A DNA stretch of 64,000 nucleotides from Amoebophrya sp. A120. Its lineage: Eukaryota > Protista > Dinoflagellata. Within the stretch, counting starts at the first letter, position 1, and every line of letters starts with the position of its first letter. Of the stretch, positions 11,652 to 24,424 are shown piece by piece. The notes beneath the pieces are model-generated. The model was not told where the DNA came from, searched no databases, and was given only the letters and a program-made list of their open reading frames with translations. The position numbers and the translations under genes are program-made. Location: NCBI GenBank assembly GCA_905178155.1, contig CAJINV010000009.1, forward strand, positions 789,349 through 853,348, read 5' to 3'.

Positions 11652-14600
11652 ATGTCCGGTCGTCCCCCGTTTTCATTGGCGGGAGACAACGGCTCGCCCA
11701 GTGAGCTTTACGGTGGCGGAAAGAAACACTGGCTCCGCCGCCTCCGACTGGACTACCGGCCTTGTGCAGCCCCGTCTTTTGCTGCAGCCGTGGATGATCG
11801 ATATCGAGATGACGAACAAAGCGACAGCCCACTCGGCCCGGAGTTCTGCCTGCGGGATCGGACCGCGCCCGGCTGCAAGCAGGAGGAGGGGCTCCGGTCC
11901 ATTTGGGCCAGCGCGGATCGCAAGGCACGTGAGTGCTTGAATGCTTTGTATCTGGTGAACATGAAGACTACCAGTGGAGGCACTACTAAAATTGGAAGTA
12001 GTAGTAACAAGCATACCTTGGGCGCCGACCAACCGCCACCGTACCCGGCCCGGCTGGCGATACGAGTGTACCCCGAGTTCTTTTTCACCGTGAAAAGCTA
12101 CCAAGCTGTGCTGACCGAACGCGAACGCCAGGAGAATGCGTTTGTGTTCGGCGATGGTGTGCACGGGCAGGGGTACTACCTGATCCGTGAACGAGAGGAA
12201 GAGGCAGCGAGTTCTGAATTTGGGATAAGTGGAAGTGCAATTACCGGCACCACGGTTGCATCCTCAAGCTCGTCCCATCCTCATCCTTTTGCAAAAGTCT
12301 TGAAGTCGTCCGCCTCCGCGGGATCATCTTCATCTTCGAGGGGCGCCGCTGCAGCAAGACGCGCGTCCATGATTTTGCGTCCCGCGTTCCGCGGAGGCTT
12401 CATCGGTCCGCGCGAGGGGTTTTTCTTCGGTAGGACCACCCCAGAACAGGGAAGGATACTGGGGTACTACCCGCAGCGGCTGCCAGAGGAAGAGATCGAC
12501 TTCGAGCTCGCCCCGAAGTTTACTGGTCCGCGACCCGGCTTTTTCTTCGGAACGCGCCCGATCCGCGACGGCGGCCGAGAGCATGCAGCTACAGTGCTCT
12601 ATTTGGGTTACCACCGGGACAAAGCGAAGGCCTTCGCGGCGTCCTCCAGTGAGGCTCTTCATCTTTCCGTTGCGCAGCAGCAGCTCGAGCAGCAGCAGCC
12701 ATCGGCGGCCGCACTGTCGTCGAAAATATTGAGGACGCTCGCGGCCCAAAACAAATCAAAGTCACTGCAAGCGAAGGAATTGTCGTCGAATGGTGCAACA
12801 GCGTCCCGAGCGCATGCTGCAGCTGGAACGCCGGGGGCAAATGCGAATACGGATATTTTTGCCGATTCGACGAGGACCCCGAGAGACGACAGGGGCGACG
12901 CGAGTGCAAGTGCGCAATACAGTGGCGACCAAACCCAAGCTCCTTCCGGTCGGGTAGGGACGAATTTTTCAATCACTTTTTCGTCCACTTCCGCGGGGGC
13001 CGTGATGCGACCCTTTGACCCTGGCGCGGTCACCGGGGCCCGAATTTTGGACATCGTGCTGGAACTTGCAAAGTATGACGCATCTGCCCGTGAATTCCTC
13101 AAATTGCTCCTGCACCGTCCTTCCACAATCGATGCCTGGAAGTCATGCACGGGTCTGTCCTACAGCGTTCCGAGTCTTACTGATTGTTCAAAAGACGACG
13201 CCGGAAAGCAAAAATTGATGCTGAACAAGGAGCACGGCGCCAGCAGCGGCTCCAGCACCGGTGCCGCGGCCGCAAGCAAAGACAAAGAGCCACTCGTGGG
13301 CCGAGCGTTGAGCTCGGTGCTGAAACGTCCCCGGTTTGATGCTGCGTGGTTGCAGGGTGGGCACAAGAGTTATTCGTTGCGTCAATTTGTGTTTGACCGT
13401 GCCCTACTGGCCTTCATGTACCAAATATCCAGCATGGCGTGGCGACCGTTCTTCAACGAGCATCGTGTGCTTGCCGCGATGCCGAATGCGCGGCTGTTGA
13501 ACAACGCTTTCCGGTTGAAAGGAGAGGGGAAGACCATCGAGAAGCAGATTCAGGTTCTGCAGTCCGTCTCCAAACCAGCCTGGGCGCAGCGCCGTGTCGG
13601 GTCGCCGCCTGGGCGCGCCTCGTCAGCCTGGATGGGCGGCCACGCAGCTTACCAAGCGGAAGGCGATGTGTATCACTGGGCGCGCACTAGCAACAACTTC
13701 ATGCAGAAGAGCCTGCTTTACAAGGTAGTCCTTCGGAAAGATACACACTACACCTGTTGCAGTTTCATAATTCTAGCACGCTGGATTTGATTGACATGGC
13801 TCTTGTTCAGTTGTATGTGACATCAACAAACATGGAAACAATTGCAAACACGAAGACAAAACGCTGAGTGTTTTAGTTTTCCAGTTCGGTGGTCGGGTTC
13901 CAATGACTAAGAATAAAAAGCAGGAAGGTGCAGTTGTGGTTGATCAGCTTTTCTTCTCATTGAAAAACGTACTAACACAGGCGACCAACAAATCCCTGGC
14001 AGATGACGACCTCGGCATCAACAGCCACTCTGTGTTGGCCTTCGGGAGCGTACAACCGAACGTGAACCAGTATGAAGGTGGGCGCTACAACAATGCCCAC
14101 ACAACGACGTATGGTCCAAACGCAAACGCCAGCGGTGCACCACTGTCCGCACGCTGGGGCACGCACAGTGGCATGTTTACGCCCAGGGAAGCATCTTTGC
14201 AGATGACCCCGCGATCTGCGCGCTTGCAATTCGATGGTGGTAGCAGTGGGACGCCTTTTTGCGTTGAAAACGATGCCCTCGGTGGCAATGACACCATCCT
14301 CACCGCTCCTGGAGCTTCTGCTGACACGTGTTCGCTGGAATTGGATCTTTCCTCTTGCTTTCGCGCGATGCATGATCGCCTGATGTGGCAACCTGTAGCG
14401 GTGAGCTCCCAGTATCGGTTTGTGCCGCAGAACCGGAAATCCATCCTGAAACACGAACAACAAATGAACGCGGACACGGTGCTGGCGTCGTGGGTGAACA
14501 GAGGAAACAATCCGCGGGACAAAGGCAAACTTTGGGCCGCGAGAGAGTTTGATCCGAGCTATTCAAGTCGTACCGCCGGCGGGGGCAAGACCAAGAGCGA

Positions 14601-17600
14601 GAACCACATTGTGGACATGAAGACAATGCCCGCCGACTGGAGCAAGAAGTTTCCCTTACGTCATGACCAGATGGCGGCCGTGACCTGGATGCGCGAGCGC
14701 GAGTTGCGAGCGAAGCCTTTCCGGGTTGAGTACGAGCGGATGCTGGAGGGCAATTTCTTCCTGCAGGATTTGGCCAACTGGGATTTGGAGCTCCGAATGC
14801 AGGCGGACTACTCTGCCCGGGGCGGCGTTTTGGCAAACCCGGTGGGTGCCGGAAAGACCGCGACCGTGCTGGGTTTGATTGCGCTGGACAAAGAAGCTCC
14901 GTTACCGTGTGACGAGCCCGGGGCAATGCCGCAGAAGCCACCGACCCGATTCCCAAAAGGGTTCGAGCACGACCGCAAACCAAAGCAGCCGGTCGCAACG
15001 GCGGCGGACAGCGACGAAGAGGAAACCTCGTCTTCCCCCGCAGCAGCTGCGCCCCTTTTGGAAGCAGGCTCGTCTACTAAGAATAAGAAACTGAACAAAC
15101 GAAGCCGCGGACGAGGAGCGAAATCAACGTCTGAAGACGCACATCAAACTCGAGCAGCGAAATTTTCTCGCCAGACACCTTCTCGCAAGACACCTTCACC
15201 TTCCAAAAAATTGCCGTCTGCCGTTGTCGCGAAGGCAAAAGCCTGCGGCAGCGTCAAGAAGAGTAACAGCAAAGTGAAACCAACGGCGAAGGGAAAAGCC
15301 ACTGTCGCGAAGAGCAAGGCAGCTGGAAATAAGGCGAAAGCGTCGCCTCCGCCGTCAGGAGGTCGAGCAGCGCTTCAACATATTAACGACGTCGTGCCTC
15401 CTTCTACTCAAACCGCCGCGGCGAGCGCATCATCGTCTTCTGGTCCGCCCAACGCGAGAGATGGAGGCAAAAGCAAGAAGAAAAAAGTCGGGTCCTCTTC
15501 GGACGCAACTTCGAAATCCGTTGCCGACCAGGTGCGAAAAGTCTTCAGCGACCAGGAGGCACAGGTTTTGGACCACGACTGCTTTTTTCCGAGCAAGGCG
15601 ACTCTTGTTTTTGTCCCCGGCCACCTGGTGGACCAGTGGGAGCGGGAAATTGCTAAGTTCATGCCCGATCACAAGCTCAATATCCTCGCGCTGCGCAACG
15701 TCAACCCCCTCAAGCTGCTCACCGTCGGCGACATCCAGCGGGCAGACATCGTGATTTGCAGCTACCGCATCCTCTTCTCAGAGAACTACCAGCGCCTGCG
15801 GTTGAAAGAGCTGCTGTTTGGCTTCGGTGCGCATTTTTTGAAAAAACCAGGCAACGCAGCTGCAACAACTTCTGCCACGACGAAAACAGAAAGTGAAAAA
15901 GAACCGAAGAAAGTTGGCAGTGAAGAGGACGAGGTGCTGGAGGCTGCGTCACAACGGGAAGGTTTCCGTTCTCCAGCTGCAGCGATGACCTCGGCCGCAA
16001 CGCTGCCGACCGAAGCGAACAAGGAAACAAATATTGACGGGGGTGACACAAACACCATGTTATCTGCGTCTGGGCCGACACAGACTCAGACGCTGAATCT
16101 GAACTATAGACCGACGAGCAGAAGTGGTGCACGACCTCAGGCGATAACGATTCTGAAGACAGAAAACCAGCAGCAGCAGGGAGGCAAGAGCAGTAGTTCC
16201 TCGGCAGCAGGAGGAGAAAATCAACAACCCAGCTCGTTCGCAATGGCGCACAGGCCTGATCTTTCCCTCTGGATTCAGGATCGCAAGTACGGGATTCGCA
16301 CCAAGAAACGCAAGGTTGACTCTATCCTCTCCGTAATGGACCACGGAGCGCGTGCGGTAGTGGATGCCACGGGCGTGGTTCCGAATGAGAAGAACAAGTA
16401 CAACAAGAAAAGATTTGTCGAGGAGGAGCAAAATAAACCGCTGTCCACCGTGTTGCAGGGACCCGCAAAGGAGCGCTTCAAATCCTGGCACTTCTCAGAC
16501 CGCGAGCGAACGATGCTCCATTCGCTGCTGAAGGAGCAGGTGCGAGAGTTTCGCAAGAACCCGACGCATTTCCAGCACTGGCACGACAGTCAACGCGATG
16601 GTGTCAAGTACTTTCGATCGATCCACCGGCAAGCCTTGCTTGTCGCCGCGGCGGTTGAGACGGCGTCCCGCGCAAACAAAAGTTTAAGCGAGAGGGCCGA
16701 GCAGCGGCGCGCCGCATTGTTGGAGAAGCTAGCGCAAGAATTGTCGGACGATGGCGACGAAAGACCACCGCAAGCAGAGAGCGACGGCAGCGAGCCAGAT
16801 TCACCTCTTGCACAAGAGATACAAAACGCGCAAGGAAAAGCGAAAAAGAAAAAGCCGCGGCCACGAGGGCGACCGCGGCTGAAGCCGAAGCCCATCGAGG
16901 CTGCTCCGAAAGCGAAAGTACTAGCTCAGAAACCCAAAGTTCTCGTTGCCTCAGTCCTACTGAAGAAGCCGAAGCGGAAAGAAACCCGGCTTGTTCCGCC
17001 TGGCGGTGGCAAAAACAAAAAGCTGCTGACCAAAAAGAAGGAGAACAAAGCAAGTCCGGGTAAAAGCAAACAAAAACGCCACACACCGGGTAGGAAGAGG
17101 CCTGGGAAAGAGATGTCAGAGCTGCTCGCGAGTCCTGACAAGGTCGCCGAGCCGCGCGAAGACTCGCTCCAAGACACGGAGTACTTCACGAATTGCGTGC
17201 GCGAGTTTCGGAGAGCCCGGCTGCTTGGCACGGAAGAGGAGTGCGCCACCGCGCTCGAGATCCACGAAGCCCAGGACCTTCGCTTCCCGCTACTGGAGAT
17301 GTTTCTCTGGCGTCGTGTGGTGTTTGACGAGATGCACGAGCTGGAATCGTTCAATCCGAAAGAAGTGGACATTCTGCTGCGGTTCCGCGCCCTGTTCAAG
17401 TGGGGACTGACCGGCTCCCCCGCGGCCTTCTCGGTTCGATCCGTCAACGCCATGGCCTCGCTCTTGTCCATCGATCTGCTCGGCGTGTCAAAGGAGGAAT
17501 CCGGTCTGTTGGACCAGGTCCACCAGTACGCCGAGGCGTGCGCTGTGACGCAGGGCGGGGACCGGGGCGGGGCCTTGAGCGAGCACCTAGCCACCTATCT

Positions 17601-20600
17601 CGCTCAGGACGAATACAACTTCGACGCGGTGACGCAGCGGCTCAAAGCCTGCGTGGACTGGTTCTGTAATTGCTGCGGTGCAAAGCTGCTTGTGTCCCAC
17701 AAGATGCCGCAGGTCTTTCGCGGTACAGTCCGCTGTGGCGAGTGCGGCGCCGCGAACCACGCAGAGGTCCAGTTCCGCCGGCGCACGAGGCTCGACGAGG
17801 ACGCAGACTCGCCCTCCAACATCAATAGCTCCCCGCAGCCACTGCCCGAGGTTGGCAGTCGGGTCTACGACCCCTCGCTACGCTGGTCGGCGTCTAACTT
17901 GATGACCACGAATTTGGTGGAGGCCGCCAGCAGCCGCAATTCGCGCACGCGCATGTACGTGGAGGATCGGCCGCTGAGCAGCGACTTGGCCTACGTGGTC
18001 CAAAACGACGACGTGGACAGAAGGCGTCTCCACGCCTTGCAGTATCGAAACGTGAATTGCGGGGTGCGGTGGACGGTCCCTTTGGACGTTGCTGATGCTG
18101 GAGGGAAAGGCGATCGACTGAGCCGTAGCAATCCAAATCCTAGGCAGGATATCTTTCAGCTGAAGAACAAGACACAGCATCACGACGTTCTTGACGAGGA
18201 TGTTGAGGCTCGCCGGCTGCACGACCATGATGTAGCTCCTGAGAACGCGCTTGTTCCCGTGACAAGATCGGCCGATCATAACGCAAACGCAATAGCCGAG
18301 AGCAGACAGAAGATCGTGACGAGGAGCGCCAGTGCTATCGCTGTCAAATCGTCTATTGCGATCCCTTCCTTTTCGCTGAGACGGGAAGACATGCTCTACT
18401 CAGATTTTCAACGGCAACTGGTGAAGCTCGAGGGCCGGCTGGACAATGCGGACTATCCAAAGAAAAAAACCCATCCACATCCAATTTGTCATGCAAAACA
18501 CGTATAAAATCATGTGTTTGTCATGCAAAAAATGGATGTCGATGAGTTTTTTTCTGTGGAAACGGACGGTCGCGACAGTAGTAGCAGCTCGTCGTCGGCG
18601 GACGAAGGTGCTGGGCAGGAGTACGACGACGTTAATGCTTTGCGAGAAGCGGAGCGAGAAGAGGCTGTCCTTGGCATGAGCAGCATTCGAAATAAAACAT
18701 CGAACAGCGGGGGATTCGAGCTTGCTGGCCTGAAGAGTTTCGCAACCGTTACCGCACAAATGCGAACAGAGACCTTGCTCTCGCCAGGCAGCGAAGATCA
18801 TGGCTCTTCCTTCGTGGACGTTGCAGACAAAGTCGCGCAGCGGAGCAATCCTCCTGGGCTGACGCCAGCACAGCAGGCAGGGGTGCAGTCCATCCCAGGG
18901 CTAGAAGATGATGGCATCGTGGAGCCCGTTGCTGGTTTGCTGTCTGCGGCTTCACGCCAACTGGTCGTCGCAGCGGAAGTGAAGCATTCGTCCCCAACCG
19001 CTGTAAACCCTTTCAACGCAGCCGAGGACCGGCATTTTCGGATCGCCGAGGAGAGACGGATGATGCGCGAACTCGACCGCTTCCGCAAAACCGCGCAGCC
19101 GCGACTCGTCGCCGTTCCCTCGGCGTTTGCGCTGCAGCGCTGGAGCACGCTGGCCCGGCACCCCTTCGAGCGGTCCGCCACATACCAGCAGAACGCCGCG
19201 CGGTTCCTTCGCGAATTTGCGTGGCGGCGGTCCTACCCGTTGCGCGTCCGCGTGGTCCAACACGTCGTTTATGTCACACAGATGCCACAGGAGCGAGCCT
19301 TGTACTTGAACCGCGTCCAGTCGCTGCCGACCTGTCGGGAAGTCTACGAGTTGCCCGCCGCCGATGGCGTGGTCACGAGCACAACCCGCGGGGGAACCCA
19401 GCGCGACGCGGGGCAGCAGTTTGCCACTGGGAAGCACATACCGATCTCTAATGTGGAAATCGAGCGCCGTCGCGAATTGCTGGAGCTATGCTCGCACTTC
19501 GCAAAAGGTAGGAAGTACGAGAGATGCTGCGCTTTTTTTAGAGACCACCACCCGAGAGAAACTTCATTTTGATGATGAGCTGCTGCGTCTGATGGCTTTA
19601 GTACTATCTTCAGACGAGCAGGTCATGAGTCGGTGTGGGCTAAAGAACAAGAAGTAGATGTAGGTCTGCTTATAAAGGACACGCATGATCTCTCTTTGTC
19701 GCGTACGCGTTCGATTTCCACGCCACAAGAAAACGCCCAACCAAAAAATCAGGCACGCACGGTTCTGTCACCGGCGAGGTTCTTCGCGTGCTTGCTAAAC
19801 GGCGCGCTGATGTCGAGTCCGATCTTGCCCAGGTCGCCTATTTCTTGAAGCAGCTGGAGTGTTGTTTGCGCGTGCGCGTATTGGGGGCAGAGTCTCGAAG
19901 CAGCTCAGGATCGTCGTCGTCGGCCGCCGAGGGCGAGAACGAGGAGGAAGAGCCGGGTCTCTTTTCGTCTTTTTTCCCGACCACCATGGGCAAAAACGTC
20001 CGCAAGCAGCGGGACAAATATTACAGTGGCAGTGTTCTTGGGAGGAGCAACGTGCGGGTGATGAAACGCAAAGACTACAAGGAGACGGAAAACTCCGGAC
20101 CGTGGGCATCACAATCGGTTGCAAACTTGATGAGGGCTAATGATGCTAGCATGGTACACGAGAAGGGTCTTCCCAAACACTTGTCGGAGAAAATTCGAGC
20201 TGTGATGTTTCATCCAACGTCAAGTGCGGACACAGCCAGCGGCTCGGGTGGAGCCGCCTCGTCTTCGTCGTCCTCGGCACCAAGGAGCGGAGGTCCCTTG
20301 TTGGTGACAAAGACAGGCGCGGTGGTATCATCGACAACACTTGCAATCATCGCTGCGTCTGGTGCCGATACCATCAAGAACAGCGACCCTGTGTCGAACA
20401 AGGACAGACGTAGTGCCAGAGACGGGCTCGGTCCGGGGGAGCGCGCTACGCTGCTGGGCGGTGGTGGGGCGTCATCGTCTTCCTCGACCCTGTTGCCCCC
20501 ATTGTCTTCCTCTTCTAGTAGTAGCGCCGCCGGTGTGCAGCAAAATTTGGTTTCGGGCTCGACCAACTATGACCCGTTTGACTTGGATATGATAGTGGAT

Positions 20601-23600
20601 GCGGACGACGTCGAGTTCCCCCTCGCTGCGGGTAACTACAAGACATCGAACGAAGACCGCACACAGCTGCTACCGGACCCGGTATTGAGAAAGTTGCGTG
20701 ACCTGGAGAAACGCGCAGACGAAAATGCGGCAGCTTCCGGGTCGTCCGCAGAGGAGCAAGAAAGCGGCCAAGAACCTTTGGACTTACCGGGCATCGTAAC
20801 CAGGCTGCTGCGCCTGTGGAACGAAGAAGTTCCCGTGCTCGCATCCCGGTCCATATTCCACGATGCTTTCAAAGAGAACCGACCTGGGGACGGGGATCGG
20901 CTGGACGCGCTGGAAAACCTGGGAACCCTCTCCCGCCGGAAAAAGGAGGAGCAGTTGCAGATGCACGAGCGCGACCTGTCGCAGCTCATTTGTGCACAAC
21001 TGGACCGGTTGCTGACCGCCTATCAGCACTACAACTTCTTCCGCAAGACGCTGGACGTGTACGCCGACTCCACCGCCAGCTCCGCAGCCTCGTCGGTCGG
21101 CGGAGATGTTGGGGACCACCTGAGTGGTGTTGGCAGTGCGAAGAAGAACCTCGAGGCTTTTCTTTCTGATGGCAACACCTCTGCGCGAAGCTCCTCTTCA
21201 GGATCGTCAGGGTCCGCCGGAAACAACATCTCCAGTGATCAGAAAGTACTAGCACTAGACCAGCAGAGCATGAACAACAAACTCGCTGAGGATGCAATAG
21301 AAGAGGTGGTCTCGTCCGCTAAAAACGAGAAGCTGCAGCTCTCGTCGACCACCTTTCCGCAGGCCGATGCGGCTGCCAGTTTCACAACGAGAGTTGATGC
21401 GGCCGCAACAGGCGAAAATAATGCGGTCGTCGCCACAGCTAATGCCGCGATTGCAGTGCCAGCGCAGCTCCAGCCGAGTGGTAATATCACAACTTCGCAT
21501 GGCATCAAGAACCCGTCCAGGGCGGACCAGCGCTACTGCGCAATTTGCACGGAATACCACGACGTGTCCGAGCTGGGAATCACTCCGTGCGCGCACGTTT
21601 TCTGCGTAGTTTGTCTGAACGCGATGGTGGAGAACCAGTATGCATTGCAAAAGTATGGTACTAGTATAAATTGCATTACAAATTTTGGCAAGAAGAGAAG
21701 TCAAATTTGTAATGCTGTTTTACCTTAGGAAGAAGATTTGTCATGCATATTTGCAATTAGTACGAGTGCGATACTTTTGCACAGGATAACCAGCGGAAGT
21801 GCGCGATTTGCCGGCAGCCCTTGCACGAGAAGGACATTTTGTCGCTCTCTTCGGAGCTGCATGCCTGGAAGACGGAGGTGGTGCAGCAAGAAGAGCAGGC
21901 TACCATGGCGACGCTGGGCCAAGTAGGCAAGCGATTCCGCTACCAGAAACTCACGCGCGGCAGTCTGCTTTCGCCCGCCGTGAATGAAGGAGGTGCTGTG
22001 TTCGATCAGCCGGAAGCTCTTCTAGAGCCTCCGCGAAAGATATCAAAAAAGATGACCATGAAAGATATCAAGAAGAGCGTGGAGCAACAAGACCACTCGC
22101 CCACCCACGGCCGCTTTTACCCAGCCAAAAGACAGAAGCAGAGTCCTGACGGAAAAAAGAGTCAGAAAAATTTTGCTGGAGGAGCGCAGAACAGGAAAAA
22201 TGCAACCACCACTACGTCCGATGAGGAGCTTGACCCGCAATGCTCCGCGGTGACAATATTGGAGGACGTCGCAGGGCCGATCGACTTCGTCCGGACGTTG
22301 ATCCCCAAAGGACAAATCGCTTTTCCAGTAGCAGCGAATGTTGGCAGCACGACCGCCAACGACTCATCTACTTCGTCCGCGTCGTCTTCGTCCTCCTCGG
22401 CAGGAGCTGGCAATGGAAAAAATGAAGCCGCCGTGAGCAGCACAACTTCAACTGTATGGAAGAGTCAGAATCGAAATCAACAAAATCGAAATAATTTGTG
22501 ATGCATAAAATCGATACCAGTTGGAGCCTCAGTTTCCAAGTAGTGCATGACAAATTTCGGGAGAACCAAAATCCAGTCCGTCATGCTGCTTGGGAAACGG
22601 AGACTGCTCCTGTCATGCTACCCGGGAAGCACATCGCCTTCCCCTAAACAGGCTTGCAAGCGGTTTCACTTGCCTGCTCCCCAACACAGGCTGCGCGTGC
22701 CCTACATTTTATGCATGACAAACTATTTCGATTTTGTCCATTTCGATCCTGACGCATCCATAAACTGAGAAAGAGTTGTATCCCCTCGTAGACATAGCGG
22801 CGACGTACGGGTCGAAGATGCAGAAGCTAGCGGAGCTACTGACGAAAATCAAGGGCGACGACAAAAACGCAAAGATCCTGGTCTACTCCCAGTGGGACAA
22901 GGGAAACAAGTTGGCCTTCGAAGCCCTGCAGAACCTCCAACACTTGAGCTGCCACCTGTTCAACGGCGGCGTTGCCGCGAAAGCACGCCTCCTTCGCCGG
23001 TTCGCGGACGCCGAGCCGGGAAAGGCATCATTAGACGTGCTGTTGATTATGGGACTCTCAAATGTTACATTCTCAACTGTTACACGATTTGTCATGCAAA
23101 ATTTCCGTCAATAGCTACATGATCAAGCTGCTTCGCATGACAAATTCCCGAAGAGCTGCCAGGCTGAAAATCTACTGTGCCAAATCTGTCATGCAAGATG
23201 CGCTAGGTCTCCCGTCCCCTTTCACGTTTGCCATTCCTGCATCACAAATTCATGCAACAGGAGTTGAGAATGTAACGTTTGAGAACACCATATTGATCCC
23301 CCTGGACTTCGGGGCCAGCGGTTTGAACATGGTGCTCGCACAGCACATCGTCTTCGTGCACCCCTTATCAACTGCAAAAATGTCTGGGTCTGGAAAGTTG
23401 GAACTTGTGATGCAAATTTTGGAATCTAGAAAACTCTGTATTGCATGACCAGCAAGAGGAGTCCAGTTTCTGCTATGCGGGGAGGCCATTTGTCATGCGG
23501 AATAGGCATCAAGAAGCACTCAGAAAATCTGTGATGCCAGGGAATACATCACAGACGTCACGGGCCATGTGAAATCTGCATGACAAGTTCGCATCCTTCC

Positions 23601-23840
23601 AGACCCAGACACTTTTGCATTTGATACCCCTTCAGTTTTCCCTCCGTCGCCCAGACGCGGGCCGCGGAGGCGCAGGCCATCGGCCGGGTGTGCCGGCCGG
23701 GGCAGGCACGCGGAGACATCCACGTGTGGCGACTCTGCACTTTGAACACTGTGGAGGAGGAACTTATCAACGAACGGTGCGGAAATGGCTCCTCGACGGG
23801 TGGGAATGTTTTTCATGAGGAGCAGGCTGCTCCTGCGTGA
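11652..23840 (+). CDS. SNF2-family helicase/ATPase with C3HC4 RING finger (RAD5/RAD16/SHPRH/DNMT5-type architecture); 8 exons: 11652-13724, 13885-18453, 18568-19507, 19753-21638, 21794-22454, 22768-23047, 23298-23365, 23632-23840
   Basis: Motif I RGGVLANPVGAGKT, Ia ATLVFVPGHLVDQW, II RRVVFDEMHE, III KWGLTGSP, RING CAIC..PCAHVFCVVC..NQ|RKCAICRQPL, YGSKMQKL, IV KILVYSQW, V VLL|IPLDFGASGLNM..AQHIVFVHP, VI EAQAIGRVCRPGQ. The model uses two GT-AG introns (13725-13884, 19508-19752) and five hairpin introns; every junction is frame-consistent. Confidence 0.88.
13725..13884 (+). other. Canonical GT-AG intron (160 nt)
   Basis: AAG|GTAGTC ... TTTTCCAG|TTC; joins ORF 11613 to ORF 13903 in frame. Confidence 0.72.
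18454..18562. mobile_element. Introner-like non-canonical intron, family B (109 bp)
   Basis: Imperfect ~30-bp TIR TATCCAAAGAAAAAAACCCATCCACATCCA ... TGGATGTCGATGAGTTTTTTTCTGTGGAAA; direct repeat CGGAC 18449-18453/18563-18567; removing 114 nt gives DNAD|GRDSS and removes an in-frame stop. Confidence 0.88.
19508..19752 (+). other. Canonical GT-AG intron (245 nt)
   Basis: AAAG|GTAGGA ... AATCAG|GCACG; frame-consistent between ORFs 18514 and 19788. Confidence 0.72.
21639..21788. mobile_element. Introner-like non-canonical intron, family A (150 bp), inside the RING finger
   Basis: TIR TATGCATTGCAAAAGTAT ... ATACTTTTGCACAGGATA; direct repeat ACCAG 21634-21638/21789-21793; removing 155 nt supplies the final CxxC of the RING; interior homologous to 944-1103. 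Confidence 0.93.
22455..22762. mobile_element. Introner-like non-canonical intron, family D (308 bp)
   Basis: ~57-bp imperfect TIR starting TATGGAAGAGTCAGAATCGAAATC and ending ...TTTCGATCCTGACGCATCCATA; direct repeat AACTG 22450-22454/22763-22767; removing 313 nt gives TTST|EKELYPLVD in frame. Confidence 0.9.
23048..23292. mobile_element. Introner-like non-canonical intron, family E (245 bp)
   Basis: 31-bp TIR TATGGGACTCTCAAATGTTACATTCTCAACT ... AGTTGAGAATGTAACGTTTGAGAACACCATA (4 mismatches); direct repeat TTGAT 23043-23047/23293-23297; removal restores helicase motif V. Confidence 0.92.
23366..23626. mobile_element. Introner-like non-canonical intron, family C (261 bp), inverted relative to the other two family C copies
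   Basis: TIR TATCAACTGCAAAAATGTCTGGGTCTGGAA ... TTCCAGACCCAGACACTTTTGCATTTGATA; direct repeat CCCCT 23361-23365/23627-23631; removal joins VFVHP to FSFPS..QAIGRVCRPGQ. Confidence 0.93.
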
Positions 23841-24424
23841 AAGGTGGTTCCTAGTGCGACGTGAAAGCGTTCTCAGTCAGGAAGCAAGTTTGATCATCCA
23901 GTATCTCTAACTCTATCTCCAAGAGTGTATCAGTCTACCTTCGGCAACTACAAGAAGAACAAGCGCGCCAGTGCAGTACTAGCAACAGTGATGTAAACGA
24001 CGCGGCGGGTTCTCGCAGGGCGCAGCGGCCCATCGACATTCAAATTCCGAATTTTTGAAAACAACAAGAGGCGAAAAAAGAGCCCCCGAGAAGACACACA
24101 AGAACCTACAAAGAGTAGGTTTCTTTCGTCTGAGAGTGCTGGCCGAAGGCGAAGATATTTGTTCGCGGATGTGGTTTTTTTTTGGGCATAGGAGGTCTCC
24201 TTTGTTCGCTTCGGTTCTTGTGCTTCTTGGTCACTTTATTTGCACCTCGAGTCCTCTGATCCACTACTCGAGGATTCTTGGTGATCGTGCTGTTGTTCGA
24301 CCCGCCTCAAAAATCTTTCTGCATACACAACTAACTTCCATCAGAGCAGCATGTGGTCATTGCTTGGGCTAGTGCTTGTGCTCAGACGTGTCCCTGTCTG
24401 AAAAAGCAAAAGGACACCGTAAAA

